DNA of 64,000 nucleotides, from NCBI GenBank assembly GCA_051294905.1, contig CM119372.1:6696001-6760000 (forward strand), given 5' to 3'. The notes beneath the pieces are model-generated. The model was not told where the DNA came from. It saw nothing but the letters and a program-made list of their open reading frames with translations, and did not search any database. Shown here piece after piece: positions 23,905 through 36,567 of this stretch. This DNA comes from Botryllus schlosseri. Taxonomy: Eukaryota. Every line of letters begins with the position of its first letter. Position 1 is the stretch's first letter. The translations under genes were made by a program, and so were the position numbers.

Positions 23905-25984
23905 CAGGGCTGTGGAGTCGGTAAATTTTACCACCGACTCCGGCTCCGACTCCGACTCCACACATTTTCAATATACCGACTCCGACTCCGACTCCGACTC
24001 CTGAGTCTTCGAACGTACCGACTCCGACTCCGACTCCGACTCCTGGGTCTTTAAACGTACCGACTCCGACTCCCGACTCCGACTCCGACTCCAGTAATAT
24101 TACCAATTTACTTCGAAAATTATATGCCACATTGTCGGTTGAATGACTATCCTACAACCATTAAACATATTCAAACATATTCAAACATATGAATAACGGT
24201 GGCATGCTAAATCGTTCCATTGTGGAACAGCTCGAATTATCCACTATGCAATTAACATGAAAGAAAGATTTGCTAAATATCCTTCCTTTTTCAAGTTTTT
24301 ATAACGTGGACTCTCTAATATCCTGAAATGTATGAATCATTCAAATATGGCAGATATCCAATAATGTATGATAAAATGTAGATAAAAATCCAAGTGTAGC
24401 TCTTGTGTATGAGGTAGCAACTGATAAAAGAGATTGAACTTACTAATTTTGTCATTGCCCACTATCCTGATTACAAGCACACACACTCTAACTACTAATA
24501 TACATTGGTCATAAACGGAATTTAGTTAAGTAGTCAAAGACCATAGCCTATGTCTAGTCTACATGTACTTAATCAAGTATTCAAGGATTGGGACTTGCAG
24601 TCTTTCTTAATCATTTGTTCGACCCAAACAGCTAAGCTACACTACAAATATTTTTCATTTCGTCAAGCGGGAAGCATCGTTTGGTCATATTTACATCATT
24701 TTTACAATTTTACAAAACCAGCCGATGCATTTGCTCTGTCACAGTATCATAGTATAATTCCAAGAATTGCATCAATTTCGACTGCATCGCGAAAACGCAT
24801 TTTGCGATTTTCTTCCCCTGTGCAACTGAGTTGTAATGTAGTAAGTAATGTCTAATTTTATCCATATAAGGGGTGGGCAACTTTGTCGGCCAAAGGGACA
24901 CATGAGATTTACGAACCATTGCGCGGGCAACTGGAATGTTGATAACCTTGTCCTAGTCGTCCGATAGGAGCAAACCGAATTAGGTAACATTGCAAACAAT
25001 ACTTACGCTCTAAAATTGATAATATGTCATGCAACTGTGCGGTGCGCAATCAGGCCCTTGTCGCGCGAAGCGCGAAATTTTTTTGCAATATGTCTGAATT
25101 ATATCAATAAATATGTTGCTAACATACATTGTGGGTCGCATTTGTATACCACTGGGCTCATTTGGCAAGGACAGGATTATTCGATGTTTAGACATAGCAA
25201 AATCGACGGTATCAGTGAACATGCCTCTATCATTTTGTGCAAATGTTTTGTCGACGATCTCGATGCGAGTGCACAAGCGAAGCCGTATCTCCTTATTGCG
25301 AATATAGTTAGACTCAATTCTGTGAAAAATATGTATTTATAATTTTCAGAAGAGGGCTCAAATAGGCCTACTGAATGCAAGAAATCTAGTGACAATGAAT
25401 CACGCGAAGTACCGAGAAAAATTTCAAGTCAAATAAATCTGCTATGAAACAATCTACTTTATGGTCATATACGAAGATCTGGGATAAATGTGGCTGGCCC
25501 CTTGATACGTCAATGCGTCAGAACTGTTGTTTTAGTCATCATCAAATTTCGCGGTCATGCTAATCAAATTTTGGTTGGCCTTGCAATTGTACCTGATGTC
25601 ATAAATAATTTCGAGAATTACCTCACAGGCCACACCTAACCTTCTCGTGTGCCAAATTTGGCCTGCGTGCCATAGGCTTGCCGCACGTGATCTGTATGGT
25701 TATTAATAACATTGATTGGTGGTACATGAAAATTATAAGGAAAATTCTTTGAAAGCAAATGTTTTCATGATAGAGAAGTTGGAGTCGGAGTCGAAGTCAG
25801 GGTCATTCTCACAAACTCCGACTCCGACTCCAGTCAGTATTTTCCTACCGACTCCGACTCCGACTCCGACTCCAGCTATATTATAGTTTTCACGACTCCG
25901 ACTCCGACTCCGACTCCATCAAGCGAAAATTACCCAGACTCCGACTCCGACTCCACCGACTCCGACTCCGACTCCACAGCCCTG
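23905..25984. mobile_element. Non-autonomous hAT element, family G, with (CCGACT)n subterminal arrays
   Basis: 17-bp TIRs cagggctgtggagtcgg / ccgactccacagccctg; perfect TSD ctacagta at 23897-23904 and 25985-25992. Confidence 0.92.
24868..25690 (+). mobile_element. hAT family C copy nested in family G
   Basis: Colinear with 13337-14021 (ggccaaaggg..cacat; aagcgcgaaatttttt; cacgggcca); degenerate TSD atccatat / atctgtat. Confidence 0.8.
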
Positions 25985-27934
25985 CTACAGTATGCAATAA
26001 CAACAAATGTATGCAACTGAAAAGAAGATATTTGAAACTTCATTTAATGCTGTATTTTGAAATCAGACATGTTATACGTGACTCTATTAAAGTTGCTGCA
26101 GGGTGAAGTGCCAAGTTTCATTGTGTGGTTTCTTTTGAAATATGAAAAATGCAAGTTTGCTGTTTGTTAGCCTCTATTCGACTGATAAATTTCGCTAACT
26201 TATACTGTCGAAATTTAACGAACTTTGTTCAAGCGTTTCCTGATATATTTCACATAAAGCTGTTACTAAGATAGTTTTAGGCTACTTTAACAGTTTCGTA
26301 CAACACTTTCAGCAATTTGACATACACTAAGTACAAAGTAGACCACACAAACTGAACTCTATAATACGACACCGTGTAGAAAATATACATTTCCAATTTT
26401 GAAATCACTTTGATGTTTCATTTCTCTAATTAATATGGATAAGCGTCCAATTTCTTGCATTTTGCGTTTGAAATATATCATTTATTTTGCGGACCGGCAG
26501 GAAACTTGCTGCGGACCGGTAGTTGAGAGCTACTACACTAGAGTACGGAATTAACCTCTGAATATAGGCTATATTCTCATATAGCCTACAGATTTTGGGT
26601 TATTTCGAAATGAAGTCGAGTTTTGTTGCTTTATGATTGAATGAATTGCCCGCCGGAAAAACACGACATTCATTTGTTATTAAGATACAATAGCGTTATG
26701 TGCAACACCCCAAGTGGTATTGTGTACGAACACTTCAAAACTCGCAACCTACCACGGTGTGTTCATTGGCTTATACCAAGATTTTCTGCTCCAAGGAAGG
26801 AAAATAAATATAATGAACTCGGCTTAGGCAGCATGATATTCAAGTTTGGTACACGACACACGAGAATGCTTAAAAATGAATTCGGTCATTGCTATTATTG
26901 ACCCATCACCAGTATCCTAACAATCACGTTTTGTTATCGTCGCCCTTCAAAGTACCGCGAAGAACGTCCACAAGTTTTGCCTGTCCGCATCATATCTCAT
27001 ACATAAGTCCGCGTATTCCGAAATAACACACGAACTCGGCCAGTCGCATTATTGGTACATACTATAAGTAAAATGGTTCGTGTCTAAACATTGATAAGCT
27101 TTCGGAAAACAAATATTAATTTCAGTTGAAATAAGCGTTAAGAAATCACTGCTGTTTCATGTACGTCTTGTTTACAAGGACGGCAAGCATATGTATCCTC
27201 CGGTAGTAGACTTACATTTATTGGTGTCACTTTGGGTAATCACAAAGCAGGCGTCAAGAGCGGATAAAGTAGGCTAATGACATTTGGTTCAAATCAACAA
27301 TTCTGTGTCGTTTTTTCGTGGTGGGTAAATTCGCAAATATTTGGCACTTACCGTAGCAGTTGCACAGCGCTTCCTGACATGATTCACGGGCCGGAACTCG
27401 TGTAGTTTTCGCTAGTTCAGTGTTGAACATTCCGCAGAGTAAGGAGCCAGTGTTTATTCCAATCGAATATAAATCAGCCAAGCTCTAATAATTTTTAGAC
27501 GCCATACAGGTATTAGTGAGATTGGCTTGGCGGTCAGATTGCTATACTGTCGCGTCGTTCAACGCGGTGGCTGCCTGCCGATCAAGAATATTTTATCGAG
27601 GTAAACACTGTAAAGCAATCGCCTTGTAATTTATGACCGCGTGTCACATATATTTGTGTTTTTTTATTTCTCAAATTAATTAGTCAGCAAACACGATAAT
27701 TTTATGCTTCGTTAGGGATTATGAACACATTACGCGTACGTATCATACAAGTAGGAGTCTGTGCATTGTAAGAAACGAGGAGCAAACGCCCAATAAACTT
27801 CAGGATATATGCGGTTGAAGGTTGAATATGTTCAGCTCGAGAAAGCCATTGTTGAGATATAAGATTAGACATAATTATTTTCAGTTTTCTTAACACTCGT
27901 GAGAATTATAATTACAGATTCATAAAACCCCGAT

Positions 27935-30900
27935 ATGGTACGTTTTGCATTGTTATTCATCGGAACTTTGTTCCGATATTGCTGTTGCACTATGCCCGCA
28001 GATGACCTGTCAATAAACGATCGCATAAATTCTCTAATCGAGGGAGACGACGATATGATGAAAGACCTTTCAGACCAAATGCAACCTGCGTTTTCATCGG
28101 GCGAAGATTTCACAAACGATACCTCTTCGGAGGATGTGGTCGGCATGATGGTGAAATATGACGACAGAGAGCCTATCCACACTGCGCCAATTCATACAGG
28201 CGACACTCATTTGCGGAAGAAATACCCGCAGGATTACTACGATCGATTGACTCAAAAACTGATGATGAGCTTAGACAAAGTGTTGCATGTGTATAATGCT
28301 AGCATTGTAAAGACGAATACGTCTCTATATGTAACAAAAACGTCCATTTTGGGAGAGAATGTAATTGTATTACGGATAGGGGGTGACATTGCAATCCATG
28401 TGGATGATATAGAGACTGCGTTTCCAGCCCTGACGAATTCTGACCTCTCTAAAATTGACGGTTTAATCAAAGAATACAACAGAAGTTCCGCTCATTTTAA
28501 CCTTACGAGCGACATGACAATCTGCGAAATCGAGGAAGTCGGGTCCGTACTAGCAGACGATGTTCGTCGATATGCGGCCAAAGGCATGGTTTCAGAATTC
28601 GAGGAAGGAAATCTGGGCGAGGATGAACTCCTATCCTTGCTACTAAAAAATAAAGATTACGTTCTGTCACAGTTCCCGAAAAAACTCAGTGAGATGCTGC
28701 AAGACCAACGATTACCTCCCCACATTAACGACGTTCTATTCTCCGGTGCTTATCCTCTTCGGGAATTAAAGCAAATGGTGTATCTAGACGACGTAATCGC
28801 GAAGGCCTTTCTACCGGATCGCATACGTCAGCTTTTGGAGGACAGAAATCCTCCTGCGAGACTGAAAGAGTTACAGTACTGCGGTCATAATCACTCCACC
28901 CTGATTAAACTGACATTATCGAATGAAACATTGGTGGAGAGCATGATGTCGGAAAGCATGTATTACTTCTACAACCTGTTCAGAATACCGCGGAATGTCA
29001 TGCTGAATATGGCAATGAGTGCGACGACCATAGTAGCGTTGACTTGCGTCATGACTTCATTAGGTAAGTGACTCTGAACCTGAACATTAGACTCTGATAT
29101 TTTAGATAACTAACACGGATAGATGCGCTTCACGTGATTCACGGTCGAGTGATGCTACAGTCGCAGATTTGTTGTCACTTCATAGCATGAAATGGCAACG
29201 TAATTGCTAATCCTCTCGATGACGACCCGAGCGCTTAAATTTATTACCGTTGATAATATTTGAAAGCTACAGTCGCGCTGATTATCAGAATCAGCGCGAC
29301 TGTAGCTTTCAAATAAGATCAATTTTAGTAAATTTGAGCGCTCGGGTCGTCATCTATGGGATTAGCAAGTTCGTTGCCGTTTCATGCTATTAAGCGACAG
29401 CTATTCTGCGAATGTGGCATCACTCGACCGTGAATCACGTGATGCGCATCTATCCGTAGGTAAGTTATCTATAGATAATTAGATATACCATAGCAATTTT
29501 CAGCGTAGCTGGCATGGAGAGTTCCATCTGAATACAATCGATGTTGTGGTTTACAGCGACACCTATCTCTAGCGTATTACTTTTTCGTCGTCATCCAGAA
29601 CAGAGATGTAAATAGTAGCCAGTAAAGCAATCTTACGATACTTGTGGAGATCATTCCCAAATTTGCTAAATTAAGATATATAAAAGCAACGTTTTCTTCT
29701 ATAGGACGACTGCATCTATTTTGCTGAAGCAGATTCCCGGTTTAAATCATTCCAACGAGTGAAACCTGCCTGATTTTTTCACATTCTGTGTAGGCCTACT
29801 TATTTCCAGTTAGGCAATTGCTACGCTGTAAATTGCTATGGATATACGACATAATTTTCGGTTCGTAGATTCGCTATAGCGAAAATATGAAACCTAGTAT
29901 ACCACCATGCGACAGTGAATATGAGAATGCTAAATAACTGAGATGTAGTTTGAAATTCAACGACACAGACAAAACTTACAGCAGTTAATTAGTTATAGAA
30001 CTTTAAATGATTTTCATCTAATGTATGTATTATGTGGCTCTTGTTTGTTTTGAATTATCTTTTTGTATAGTGTCTGTGGTAGACACCAATAGGGCGAAGA
30101 TAATGAAAAGATCTTAATTGATACTGGAACTTCATATAATAGACCTACATTTCATTCGATTTTTCATAAATCCTGCATACCAATGTATTTGATTATGTAT
30201 AGGTTGCACTATGACAGTTCAAGAAATCATGGTGCACGTGAGACGACCGAAAGGAGTCCTCATCGCACTGTTCTCCCAATACGGAGTCATGCCGGTATCT
30301 GCTTTTGCCTTGACACAAGCGTTCGATCTGGGAGTATATCCCGCGATCGCGGTGCTGATATGCGGCTGCTGCCCAGGAGGAAATCTGTCCAACATATTAG
30401 CATTTGCAATCAACGGAGATATGAATTTAAGGTATGGATGGATAGATGGGCAGGCAGTTAATTGCTTCCTTCTATGCGTTAGTTCATTAAGTGAAATTGT
30501 GTATCCAAAACCGTTCACACCCATTCCCGACTTTTTTTCAAGGGGGCATACCACTTCTTGAATAAGAGCCGTGAAAATTCTCTATATGCGTATGTGGCAG
30601 TTTATATGTACATCGGCACCCAAAGAACTACTTCACAGATATCTTGATTACTCCAAAATTCCAATTAGAATGACGGAGAAAGCGTAGGAGACATGCTGGA
30701 CATAATGAAAGTAAAACGGATTCACTACCGACACCATGAACAACATTTTCGAAAACATTCACATTAACTTTTCACCATAACAAGTTGATTTTCAGTAGCA
30801 ACTACGTAGTGCGTATACGCAGGGCCGTAACAGCACTTCGTCAGCCCCCAAAACTTTGGTCTTGGGCCCCCATAGGGTTATAGGCCGAACTTATGGGGGG

Positions 30901-33900
30901 CTCCGCCCCCCAGAACCCCTCTGGCGATACACTGTTTACACTTTACAGCTATCTATCATATTCGTTGGGAGTTTGTTTGTTGAATCCGCTTATGTGGCCT
31001 AAGCGCGCGAAGCGCGGAAAATTTCTGGAATTCATGATTGAATCGGTCAGTATGATCGGGAATTGCATATATATCGTTATCAATTTTTATCTTCTCTCTG
31101 CCCACGTAATCAGATTTGCCGATAGAGCTGAGTGAGGGGTGTTTGAAAAGGTAGGACCACTCAATAATAATTAAACATCTTCGGGCGTATACCCGTTGGC
31201 AGGAACGAAACAGCACCTCGTCAGGCCCCCAAAAACGTGGGTCTTGGTCTCCCATAGGGTGATAAAACGACCCCCCAACACGTTTTTTGCGTGAATTTTC
31301 GATAATTTATGATAAAATCGGTCAATCAGATCGGCGATTGCATATATATTATGCTATCAATTTATTGTCCTCTCTACTCACATAATTAGATTTACTGGTA
31401 GAGCTGAGTGAAGTGTCTTGAAAACGGGAGGGCCTGTAAATAATAATTAAACATATTCGGGTGGGCGGACCCGTTGATATGACTTCGTTACATGATGTTA
31501 TTTCGTGACTTCCAGTCTGCTATATCAAAAAATATATAGAATCGCCCAAACGTAGCCTTCTAAACTGAGAGACGCACACGATTTCAAATTGGTATTTCTT
31601 CACTGGCATAAAAATTTTTCCAGCGGGATGGTATTTGTCTTGCGATGTTCAGATTGCAAAGACATGAACATTCGGCGCCAGTCATTTAGGCGCCTATGGA
31701 CAATTAAACCTATATGTATTTTGTATATATAACGAAGTCTTCGGTCAGCATAAGGGCATAGACCTTTTCGACCAAGGTTTTCTCGCTGTCGATCGTTCTG
31801 GCACACTTCTTCGAGTCGCATGTTATATGGCCTAAAACTTGATTGTATTTCTTGGTGGGTCGTGGCGCGGTAATGCCCCAATACCCAACAATAAAGATAA
31901 ACGGCTGCTTGAAATTTTGAAAAAATTGCATAAATTTTCAAAAAATACTCTACGATTTATGCTAATTCACGAAATAATTTTGGGCCCCCTTCGAGCTCGG
32001 GCCCCTCCCAATTGGGGGGTTTGGGGTGCGGCAGTTACGTGCTGCGTATACTCTCGTTAGAACATAGGCTACGTGACTCGACTTCAAATTCCTACTGATC
32101 TCGTGGTTTGACATTTTACCATGTACAAATTTGCGTCTATGGCTGAGGATTTATATGTACTGAGTCGGTGTGACGTTTCTCAAGTCAGTTATATACATAT
32201 TATGGTTTCAAATTCGAAATGACCAAGAACTCTTAGAGAAATCACGTGTTCGTGATCATTGGGGTTTCGATTCTCCCTCTATTTGGAAAACCTGTTTTTT
32301 TATCGGCCTTCAAGTTTTAGATGAGCTTTTAGGTACATAGATTACGACTTCAAGTGCATTTATATAGGGAGAGGCCACCCAGATGTAGGTCTACATTTAA
32401 TAATCGAGTTCAAAAGCTGTATGCACAATTGCACATAATCATACATTATTACGTACGGCTTCACTCATCGTATATGGTATATCAAAATGCCGCAGCAATA
32501 GGCTATCGGAAGACCAACAGTTGTAATTCGCTATGCATTTACGGCTCCAACGCTAGTTCCGTTGGAATCAAACATCATATTATTAATGCCTCTAAAATTT
32601 ACGTTTCAGCATTCTTATGACGACATGCTCATCCGTACTCGGGCTCGCAATGATGCCTCTTCTTCTGTTTTGCTACTCTCGATTCATCATCCCAATCGAC
32701 GGAGCGGAAATCGTGCCGTTTGATAAGATTGTATTGAACATAGCCTTGACAATTTTTCCAGTGAGTATTGGCATCGCGATAAAAAGATACCGACCAAGCT
32801 GGACTACAAAAGTGATGCGGGTAAGTGGAACGGACACAATACTTTTTCTGCAGCGTAATAAACCTTTTGAGAATCATTTGAAATTATTCGACATCGATGT
32901 ATCGTTCAGTATCAATGTTCCATCGGTTCAAAACACCACAGGCCTTATATAATTTTGACGGTCAGTAAAGTTAGATATTTCAACTTTTTTTGCAGTTCGG
33001 AGGGATAATGCTGCTATTGTGTAGCATTACATTTAGCGTGATTGCCGGATTCTTGCTGGGCGACAGGTTTTTCTCGTTTTTCCCGAAGTCGGTGGTATAC
33101 TGCGCAGCTATTTTACCGGTCACGGGGTACGTTTTGGGATTTCTGCTGGCCAGATTGGTTCGGGAAAATCAAAAATGCAGGTAAAGCTAATTAGTAGTTT
33201 CAGAAGTATGCGTTACAGTCATCCCGCTGTCTATATGGTTTGTCAGTGTACTACGACACGGTCTCGAATCCCCTTCCCTGTGAACTCTGGATTCGTGTTG
33301 TTATTATGATATGAAGAGATTCACACGGATATTTAGACGTCTCTGCGATTGGAAAGCTCAAATTTAAAATTTTCCTTTAACCGAGCGTACATATTTTTCA
33401 GTCGGACAATATCCGTGGAAACAGGATGCCAAAATGTACAATTATGCGGAACAGTATTGAAGCTAGCATTCGATCCCGTACTAATCGGCGCAATGATGCT
33501 TCTTCCAATAATCTACATGCTCTTTCAGGTGATTGTGTTTGTTTTCATTACAGACGCTTCAATGAATCGACCTGGGCCCACAGTCCAGTATCCGTTGTGA
33601 GTCATACATTTGATTTTACCGCAAGGACCAGAGTCAATATTAATCAAGCAAATATTATCACCGATGCATCACCACTCTGGTACAGAAGATGTTCAGAGTG
33701 TGTGCAGATCATCGTTTGTAATCTGCCCTGTAGTAGGCTACATCCACCGGGCTTATATAACATCTTAACTTTAATACCGCAACAGGGCTTCCTTCCCATT
33801 ACATGTCTACAATCTGTTATCAATCTCCTATATCACTACGGACGACAAATGACTAAAATGCTATTCTCCTCATTGCTACTACATATCATAGCCTTATGCG

Positions 33901-36567
33901 CTCTGTTAGTTATAACCACCTGACCAGAAGCATATTCTGAGTCATAGTTTATCACAATCAGCTAATATAATTCAAAGTGAGTCGTATTTTCATGACAGGC
34001 AACTCTCCATACAACCCTAAACCTAATTTGTTTTTAATTATTCTAGTGTCATCGTCACAATGCCACAAAGAACGCGGTAGGGGAGATGTGGTACCGATGG
34101 ATCAAAAATTGCATAATGATCTCTGGCCCGTAAATCTTCAGCCGAGAATAGCAGATCTTTTGCTTTCTCGGCACTTCGATACAAGCTCTACCTATCGCAG
34201 ACATTTACATGAATATCCGCCTTTTCAAAAAATATTTATAAACGTTCAAAATTTGTTGCTCGAACGTGTCATCGGTCCACACCCGGTGGGTCCAAAGGCA
34301 CACGACCATGGGACCTATGAGACATACGCTCATAAACTCAAATTTGTTAACTTGTTTTGTTGTGTACTATAAGATAAACTACAGCAAGCCAATGAAGACT
34401 GTTTCATCGCGACCTTCAAGAAAAAAAAAAGATTATATCAACTCAAATTTTGGCATAAAATCATGTTTTGATTTATGCTTAAACTTACAAAATTAATGCC
34501 ACACACATGTTACCCGCAAATCGACATTTTGACTTTCAAATACCTAGTAATGGCGATAAAACACCGCAGGTAACTATGATTTACAGCCTATATATATGTA
34601 GGCGAGTTCCTGTTGTTAAGTGATTAGTTGGTCCATCCATCCATTTTGCTTGATTTGGCTATGGTACCATAGGTCCCCCACCCCATAAATACTGTAATTG
34701 ACTTGAAAATAGTCCGGCACTCGAGGATGGTATTGATTCAAAAAATATATGCCATTATATACCGTGACACAAGCCCTATATTTCACATCAAAAATAATGG
34801 CGGGTTTGTTAGTCTGAAAGGTGATATGGTAAAATGCAAATGTCGATCCAAATTTACTTTACACCCCCTAAAACGTAAATCATTCGTCACCGACCCCATA
34901 ACTCACGCAGGTCGAATTTTTTTGCATGTGAGGAAAGATTCTGTCAGCATGTAATTGTAGACAAATTCACGGAGTGTAATCATGGAATTATCATGGAGAA
35001 TTTTTCAAGTATTTTCGGTCCCAGTGATCCATCGGTACCACATCTCCCCTACTATGCGATTTAAACTATAACGAATTCACAGGGGGTTATCCAATATATC
35101 AATTGTCCTTAATGCCGGCATCACCCATATGCGGATGAGATTAAATAAGCATGCATGTGGATCGCACTCAATTAGTGCCCCATACAGTATATTTTACATG
35201 AAGTACAACTGATCAAGGCTAATGTAGTGTACTCCAGTACTTGTGATATTTGAGAAGTATCATTTTCATTCCGAGGAGTTACAAAGCTACATTGGTGTTA
35301 CGAGTAGAAGAGTCACAGTAACGAAGGGATACCTTATATTCGGAAAATATGTTTTGAAATCACTCTCTGTGTTACACTATATTGATTACCGCATGACTAT
35401 ACAGATGATCACGTGCGACTAATTTTATCATCACTGTGAATGCCAGAAATATGAGTTATTTATTGTTGTTTTCAGGCAGGGGAGGCGTTAATCCTGATCT
35501 CACTGTACCGATTGTATGAACGTATATTTGGAAAGAAAAAAGCATCAGACCAGGACGATGAAATAAAATTTGATGACGAAGATAGAAGTACGTTCTGCTG
35601 ATATCCAGTATTTTTTAATTGCTGCTATTGTAAAGGAGTCGATCGAGTACGATATCTTATAAATCAATGCGATGTGTCAAACCGACTAGAATATATGTCT
35701 ATTGTCCAACCGTCTGAAATGGTAATTGCTCTTCTGATGAATTAGCCGAATAGCATTTCCGCGAATTGGGATCCGATTCGCCTGAAACATAAATCTAATA
35801 GATATTTGATAAAAATTGGGATTTGAATCAAAATGTTCTTGTTCGGAGAATTGGAGTTCATGTTCAGTGCAGACTTGGACAACTAGAAAAAATTCTTAGA
35901 CTAATGTGACCGAAATGCTCGTAATCTAATTCTAGTCTATGTTGTGAAGTGCTTTTTTCTCTAATTCAAATTCCAATCCAATTAGTGAAATGTTTCTGGT
36001 TTTACTGAAAATGATACTGGAGAACTGTTTAGGGCGAAACGAGCCAACCTTGCTGCACAGATATTTACCATTCTCGTGCTTTCGAGAATGAACTCTGATT
36101 TGTTACGAACTGCGAACTCGATTCAATTTCCAAGTTTTTGCGAATTCAGTAATTCTAATTCCAATCTAATTTGGTAAAACGGTGTAGCTCTAATTCTAAT
36201 TCTATTCTAATTTGAAAAACAAATGTGTAGCTGAAAATATAATTTCAGTCTGATTTGAAAAAGCTGAAGATTTTCTAACTGGCCAACTCTGTTTCGGTGC
36301 GTCGCGAAATAGCGATTGCACCAAAGCGTATCAACACATCAGGCCAACTCGCACAGTATTATATCACACATGCTGTTTGCAGAGTTGCAACGTTCGGACT
36401 CGGACGTCAAAAAGCTGGATGACGACAGCATGTCATCAGATGATACAAATGGAGGGGACATCAACAAAAATGGCATAAGCACAAAAAAGCAAGAGGGTGA
36501 AAACTGGCCGCTGATGCCGCCCGAATTCCAGGAAGTCTTCGATAACTCCAAGGAGAACTACGTCTAG
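27935..36567 (+). CDS. SLC10 sodium/bile-acid cotransporter family protein (ASBT-like), ~725 aa, with a long N-terminal extension
   Basis: Seven phase-consistent exons: 27935-29063, 30203-30431 (GCTM..RRPKG..QYGVMP..GCCPGGNLSNILAFAINGDMNL), 32610-32820 (SILMTTCSSVLGLAMMP), 32996-33180 (LPVTGYVLGFLLAR), 33402-33528 (RTISVETGCQNVQLCGT), 35476-35587, 36383-36567; total 2178 nt. Confidence 0.92.
29105..29469. mobile_element. 365-bp foldback MITE (almost entirely palindromic), TA flanks
   Basis: Arms of ~180 bp around a 5-nt loop at ~29284-29288 (gcgctgatt-atcag-aatcagcgc); TA at 29103-29104 and 29470-29471. Confidence 0.9.
29488..29841. mobile_element. MITE with ~21-bp TIRs adjacent to the foldback
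   Basis: ccatagcaattttcagcgtagc / gctacgctgtaaattgctatgg, in a TA-rich context. Confidence 0.75.
30820..32044. mobile_element. Non-autonomous hAT-type element, family D, with an internal tandem duplication
   Basis: Ends cagggccgtaac / gttacgtgctg; TSD cgtatacg / cgtatact. Block ~30829-31199 is repeated, shortened, at ~31208-31465. Confidence 0.78.
35870..36291. mobile_element. hAT family B copy in the last SLC10 intron
   Basis: cagacttggacaactag ... ctaactggccaactctg; degenerate TSD gttcagtg / tttcggtg. Confidence 0.75.

Noticed and set aside
23897-24130. 77-aa GVGVGV ORF
   Set aside because: It is the translation of the (CCGACT)n subterminal array of a hAT element.
27935-29071. 378-aa ORF as a stand-alone intronless orphan gene
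   Set aside because: Its stop lies inside a consensus donor (G|gtaagtga), and phase-1 splicing completes the SLC10 TM1 motif, so it is better read as exon 1.
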